Of a stretch of DNA of 47,714 nucleotides, positions 44,834 to 47,714 are shown in pieces. This DNA comes from a virus: UHGV virus genome UHGV-1354603, one strand, 5' to 3'. The notes under the pieces were generated by a model. The model had not been told where the DNA came from, made no database searches, and worked only from the letters and a program-made list of their open reading frames with translations. Position numbers and translations under genes: made by a program. Position 1 is the first letter of the stretch; each line of letters begins with the position of its first letter.

Positions 44834-45478
44834 ATGGAGCCACAAATTATTAGATTACAATTAGCACTTATTTTCCAAGATATCATTAGAAATCCTAATC
44901 TATTTATGGAAGAATTAACGAGTGAATTAGACTTATTCAAAGATTCTAATCCAAATTTTATTATGCATCCTAGCACAATCCCTCCAGTCGTTCCTATTGG
45001 GACACTTATGGGTACTAATAAAATGACAAGTCTATCTGCAACAGGAGAACGGATTGATTTTATTTGCTATAATGTTCCAAACATAGATAAAAATGTAAAA
45101 GATGTGTACGACAAAAATGTTCCAATCATTATTGACAAAGTATTGTCTAAAAAAAGTATAGGTCGTATCGGTTTTATATCGACAATATTTAGAGAAGATA
45201 AAAATCCAAATAATTATATAGAAAAAAATTATACTAATCATTCTATAATAAAAGATACGACAGAGATTTTTGTTAGATACAACAATCCATATAAATACAA
45301 AAATATACTTATAAACAAATTAACAAATATTGAAAGCCCATTTAAACCATTTCCAGATAACGATACAATAGGATGGTCAATAACAAAGGACATCAATACT
45401 TCTTTTAGAGATGATGGACTTTCAAAAAAATTTGTATTGGATCTGTATTCAAAAATAAAAGATTATTTATGTTCGTAG
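44834..45478 (+). CDS. AT-rich (about 29% GC) protein A of a cI-linked two-gene cassette; candidate defence sensor.
   Basis: AAGGAG RBS 7 nt upstream; GC hairpin at 44806-44821 between cI and the gene; no family recognised. Confidence 0.6.
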   Translation: MEPQIIRLQLALIFQDIIRNPNLFMEELTSELDLFKDSNPNFIMHPSTIPPVVPIGTLMGTNKMTSLSATGERIDFICYNVPNIDKNVKDVYDKNVPIIIDKVLSKKSIGRIGFISTIFREDKNPNNYIEKNYTNHSIIKDTTEIFVRYNNPYKYKNILINKLTNIESPFKPFPDNDTIGWSITKDINTSFRDDGLSKKFVLDLYSKIKDYLCS

Positions 45479-45485
45479 GTGAAAC

Positions 45486-46004
45486 ATGCTAAAAAGTAAT
45501 TTTCCGCAGTTTCCACCAGACCCTAATATTCTATTTGGAAAAGAGCAAAAATCTTCAACCAGTTCAGGTCAAGAACAAATATCATACCAAAAAACTTCTG
45601 CGTCTACTGCCTCAGTGGGTAATGAGTATCAATTTTTTGTTTATTTATCCAACTTGCATAATGCAATTATTCCAAGAATGAATGAGTATGAAAAAAATCA
45701 AGAAAATTTAGAATTAATTCTACACAAAGAAAAAGCGCTAGAAGAAGCAACACGAAGACTATTATCCATAAATATTATTTTAGGAATGATACTCCCAGCG
45801 GTTATTTTATTAATATTTTTCCTTTTTTGTTGGGTACATGCACCAGAAAATGTCGAATTATTCTTTGAAAAATATAAATGGATCTACTCTGGCTTTACAC
45901 TAGTTGGATTGATTGCTTTTATTAATCCAATATGGAACATTCACCAATACAGTAAAAGACTAGATTCTATTGAAAAACAATTAAAAATCAACGGTAACAA
46001 CTAG
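45486..46004 (+). CDS. AT-rich protein B: N-terminal Q/S-rich region, coiled coil, two C-terminal TM helices; candidate membrane effector.
   Basis: AGGTGA RBS; ILGMILPAVILLIFFLFCWV and FTLVGLIAFINPIW helices; terminator follows. Confidence 0.6.
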   Translation: MLKSNFPQFPPDPNILFGKEQKSSTSSGQEQISYQKTSASTASVGNEYQFFVYLSNLHNAIIPRMNEYEKNQENLELILHKEKALEEATRRLLSINIILGMILPAVILLIFFLFCWVHAPENVELFFEKYKWIYSGFTLVGLIAFINPIWNIHQYSKRLDSIEKQLKINGNN

Positions 46005-46099
46005 ATAAAAACACCAAAAAAGTCCCCAACAACAAAATAAAAATAAAAAACTTAAAAAATATTCAATAAATTTTCCCATAGGTCTTTTGGTACCTCCTC

Positions 46100-46124
46100 G
46101 CCCCTCCTCGTGAGGGGCTTTTTT
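46100..46124 (+). terminator. Rho-independent terminator.
   Basis: cccctc-ctcgt-gagggg + T6. Confidence 0.55.
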
Positions 46125-46198
46125 GTGTCCTGCCGGGCGTGACCGCCGAGCCTTCGTGGTGTCGGCGGTTATTGTTTTATCTTGTTATTATTGAATAC

Positions 46199-46239
46199 GC
46201 AAATTTACATTGACTCAATATTAGCGAATTTGCTATTAT
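46199..46239 (+). promoter_or_regulatory. pL-like promoter carrying a third copy of the CI operator.
   Basis: -35 TTGACT at 46210-46215, 18-nt spacer, -10 TATTAT at 46234-46239; O3 ATTAGCgaatttGCTATT (46220-46237); flanking GCAAATT/AATTTGC inverted repeat. Confidence 0.55.
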
Positions 46240-46581
46240 GGTTTCACAACGAACGGGGAAGGCGAACCCGGCGCGGCAACGGCCCGCCGAAAGCTGGAAC
46301 CGAACGGAGGAAGCCCCAACAAGTACGAGCACGGCAAGCGCAAGCCTTTGGGAGCGGGAAGCACGCGACGGCAGGAAATGGGGTGATGTGAAGACAGGCC
46401 GCGAGGGGACGGCGGGCCGAGCAAAGGCGCGGAAAGGCGACTGGGCGGCAACATGGGTTCCGAGACAAGCCCGCAACAAAACTCGAGACAACAATTTTCG
46501 TATCCCACCGCCAGCGCATGACGTTGGCGGGAAGGATGCGGAAGCATCCAGACTGAGCGTGGCTGGGCAGGGCGCGGCATT

Positions 46582-46611
46582 GCAAGGCAAGGCAAGGCAA
46601 GGCAAGGCGAG
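46582..46611. repeat. (GCAAG)5-GCGAG pentanucleotide microsatellite.
   Basis: Direct reading. Confidence 0.85.
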
Positions 46612-46615
46612 GCAG

Positions 46616-46749
46616 CGGTCGTATGAAAGGGACAGCGGATAGGCCGTTGTCCCGAACCGTGCGGGAACTCGCCCTGTACGGCAAGGGAAACCTTCCGGGA
46701 TTGGCCCGGTCGTATGAAAGGGACAGCGGATAGGCCGTTGTCCCGAACC
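46616..46749. repeat. Two identical 43-nt direct repeats (46616-46658 and 46707-46749), each containing gggaca...tgtccc hairpin potential.
   Basis: Direct reading: cggtcgtatgaaagggacagcggataggccgttgtcccgaacc appears twice. Confidence 0.85.
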
Positions 46750-46834
46750 ATGCGACGATGTGCCAGCATGGGGACGCGCGCCCGGCGGGGATTGGCTCCG
46801 CCGGGTGGTTTTTGACCTGAAAAGGATGTGACGA

Positions 46835-47611
46835 ATGAACAAATTGCAGATTTTCAAGAATGCCGAGTTTGGGGAAGTCCGGGTGGTCGAGCATGAAGGC
46901 CAGCCGTGGTTTGTGGCGAGCGACGTTGCGAAGGCGTTGGGATATGAAAAGCCCAACAACGCCGTCAATGAGCATTGCAAAAAAGTGAATAAATTCAGTT
47001 ACCCTAATTCGGGGCAGTTGCAGCCCTATAACATCATCCCCGAGTCCGACGTGTACCGCCTCGTCATGCGGTCGAACCTTCCAAAGGCCATAGAATTTCA
47101 GGATTGGATTTGCGAAGAGGTCATTCCTTCTCTTCGCAAGACTGGCGGCTACATGCTGACGAAAGCAGACGACACGCCGGAATCTATCATGGCCCGCGCC
47201 GTACTCGTCGCTCAAGAAACCATCGAGCGATTGAAGAGCCACACCGAAAAATTGGAATCCCGCGTTGAAGAGATGCGCCCGAAGGAGTTGTTCGCAGATT
47301 CCGTCTCGGCGTCCGAATCTTCCATCCTCGTTGGCCAGCTTGCGGCACTGCTCAAACAAAACGGCGTCAACATCGGCCAGAACCGCCTTTTCGAGCGTCT
47401 TCGCGATGACGGGTTCCTCATCAAATTCGGTTCACGTCGGAACTGTCCCACGCAGCGGGCAATGGACATGGGCCTTTTCGAGTTGAAGGAGCGCGTCATC
47501 AACAACCCCGACGGGACCGTCCGCATCACGCTCACGACCAAGGTCACGGGCAAGGGTCAGGTCTACTTCGTCAACAGGTACATTGGAGAGGCTCGCGAGG
47601 TCGCGGCATGA
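46835..47611 (+). CDS. Antirepressor (Bro-N + KilA-C-like), paralog 2.
   Basis: FGEVRVVEHEGQPWFVASDVAKALGYEKPNNAVNEHCKKVNKFSY; C-terminal region similar to the 25792..26622 product. Confidence 0.75.
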   Translation: MNKLQIFKNAEFGEVRVVEHEGQPWFVASDVAKALGYEKPNNAVNEHCKKVNKFSYPNSGQLQPYNIIPESDVYRLVMRSNLPKAIEFQDWICEEVIPSLRKTGGYMLTKADDTPESIMARAVLVAQETIERLKSHTEKLESRVEEMRPKELFADSVSASESSILVGQLAALLKQNGVNIGQNRLFERLRDDGFLIKFGSRRNCPTQRAMDMGLFELKERVINNPDGTVRITLTTKVTGKGQVYFVNRYIGEAREVAA

Positions 47612-47714
47612 AGCCTTATACGCTCTTCAGGAAGTTCCCCGGAAAAGAAACCGCAGCCATTCTTTCACAAGACAGATGCGAACTGGACAATAGTTTTGCT
47701 GGCTTCATAGACGA
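47608..47714 (+). CDS. Partial ORF (5' part) with ATGA coupling to the antirepressor; continues in frame into bases 2..328 if the sequence is circular.
   Basis: ATG overlaps the antirepressor stop; no stop before the window end; the frame matches ORF 2..328 across the junction. Confidence 0.4.
   Translation, partial: MKPYTLFRKFPGKETAAILSQDRCELDNSFAGFID

Larger units (their letters stand above)
46240..46834 (+). ncRNA. Candidate structured leader or non-coding RNA (purine-rich, about 595 nt) before the antirepressor gene.
   Basis: No credible ORF (ORF 46238..46642 is low-complexity, lacks an RBS and has atypical codon third positions). Contains (GCAAG)5 and two 43-nt direct repeats, each with a hairpin. 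Confidence 0.3.

Noticed and set aside
46238-46642. 134-aa ORF (Arg/Lys/Ala/Gly-rich) inside the long leader downstream of the pL-like promoter.
   Set aside because: It starts at the -10 element with no RBS, is low-complexity, and its codon third positions are A-rich, unlike genuine genes here. Treated as non-coding RNA sequence.
1-47714. Searched for tRNA, tmRNA, rRNA and CRISPR arrays.
   Set aside because: No cloverleaf-like GTTCGAATC T-arm signatures near attP or elsewhere, and no repeat-spacer architecture. The only regular repeats are the pentapeptide-repeat tandem array, the GCAAG microsatellite and the 43-nt direct repeats.

Overview
The window reads as a complete, circularly permuted genome of a temperate HK97-like siphovirus, about 60% GC overall with several AT-rich (about 28-35% GC) insertions. 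It is not a prophage embedded in host DNA. The tyrosine integrase and a putative attP sit in the middle (10.4-11.7 kb), and two long transcription units converge on them: an early-left unit on the + strand and an early-right/late unit on the - strand.

Regulatory core (43.7-46.2 kb): a divergent Cro-like gene (-) and a CI-like S24-peptidase repressor (+) with ATTAGC-N6-GCTAAT operators; downstream of CI, two AT-rich genes in a rexAB-like position, then a terminator and a pL-like promoter carrying a third copy of the same operator.

Early-left unit, + strand (46.2 kb through the window end to 11.5 kb if circular): a 600-nt purine-rich leader RNA, an antirepressor, an HTH regulator, a pentapeptide-repeat protein, an SSAP, SSB, Gp157, Ead/Ea22-like and Lar-like proteins, Rha, Xis and Int.

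Early-right and late unit, - strand (43.96 kb down to 11.7 kb): a CII-like regulator, a replication initiator, DnaB, two Mor-like activators, RusA, a lysis cassette, HNH, small and large terminase, portal, protease, HK97 capsid, connectors, major tail protein, a G/GT frameshifted chaperone, a 1768-aa tape measure, a tail tip protein, a tail fiber and a fiber assembly protein.

A 6.5-kb accessory island lies inside the tail operon between the chaperone and the tape measure. It carries hicAB, an IS5-family (IS427-group) element that splits a small gene, an AT-rich secreted protein, a Bro-N gene, an antirepressor and a duplicated gp10-family gene.

No tRNA, rRNA or CRISPR array was seen.
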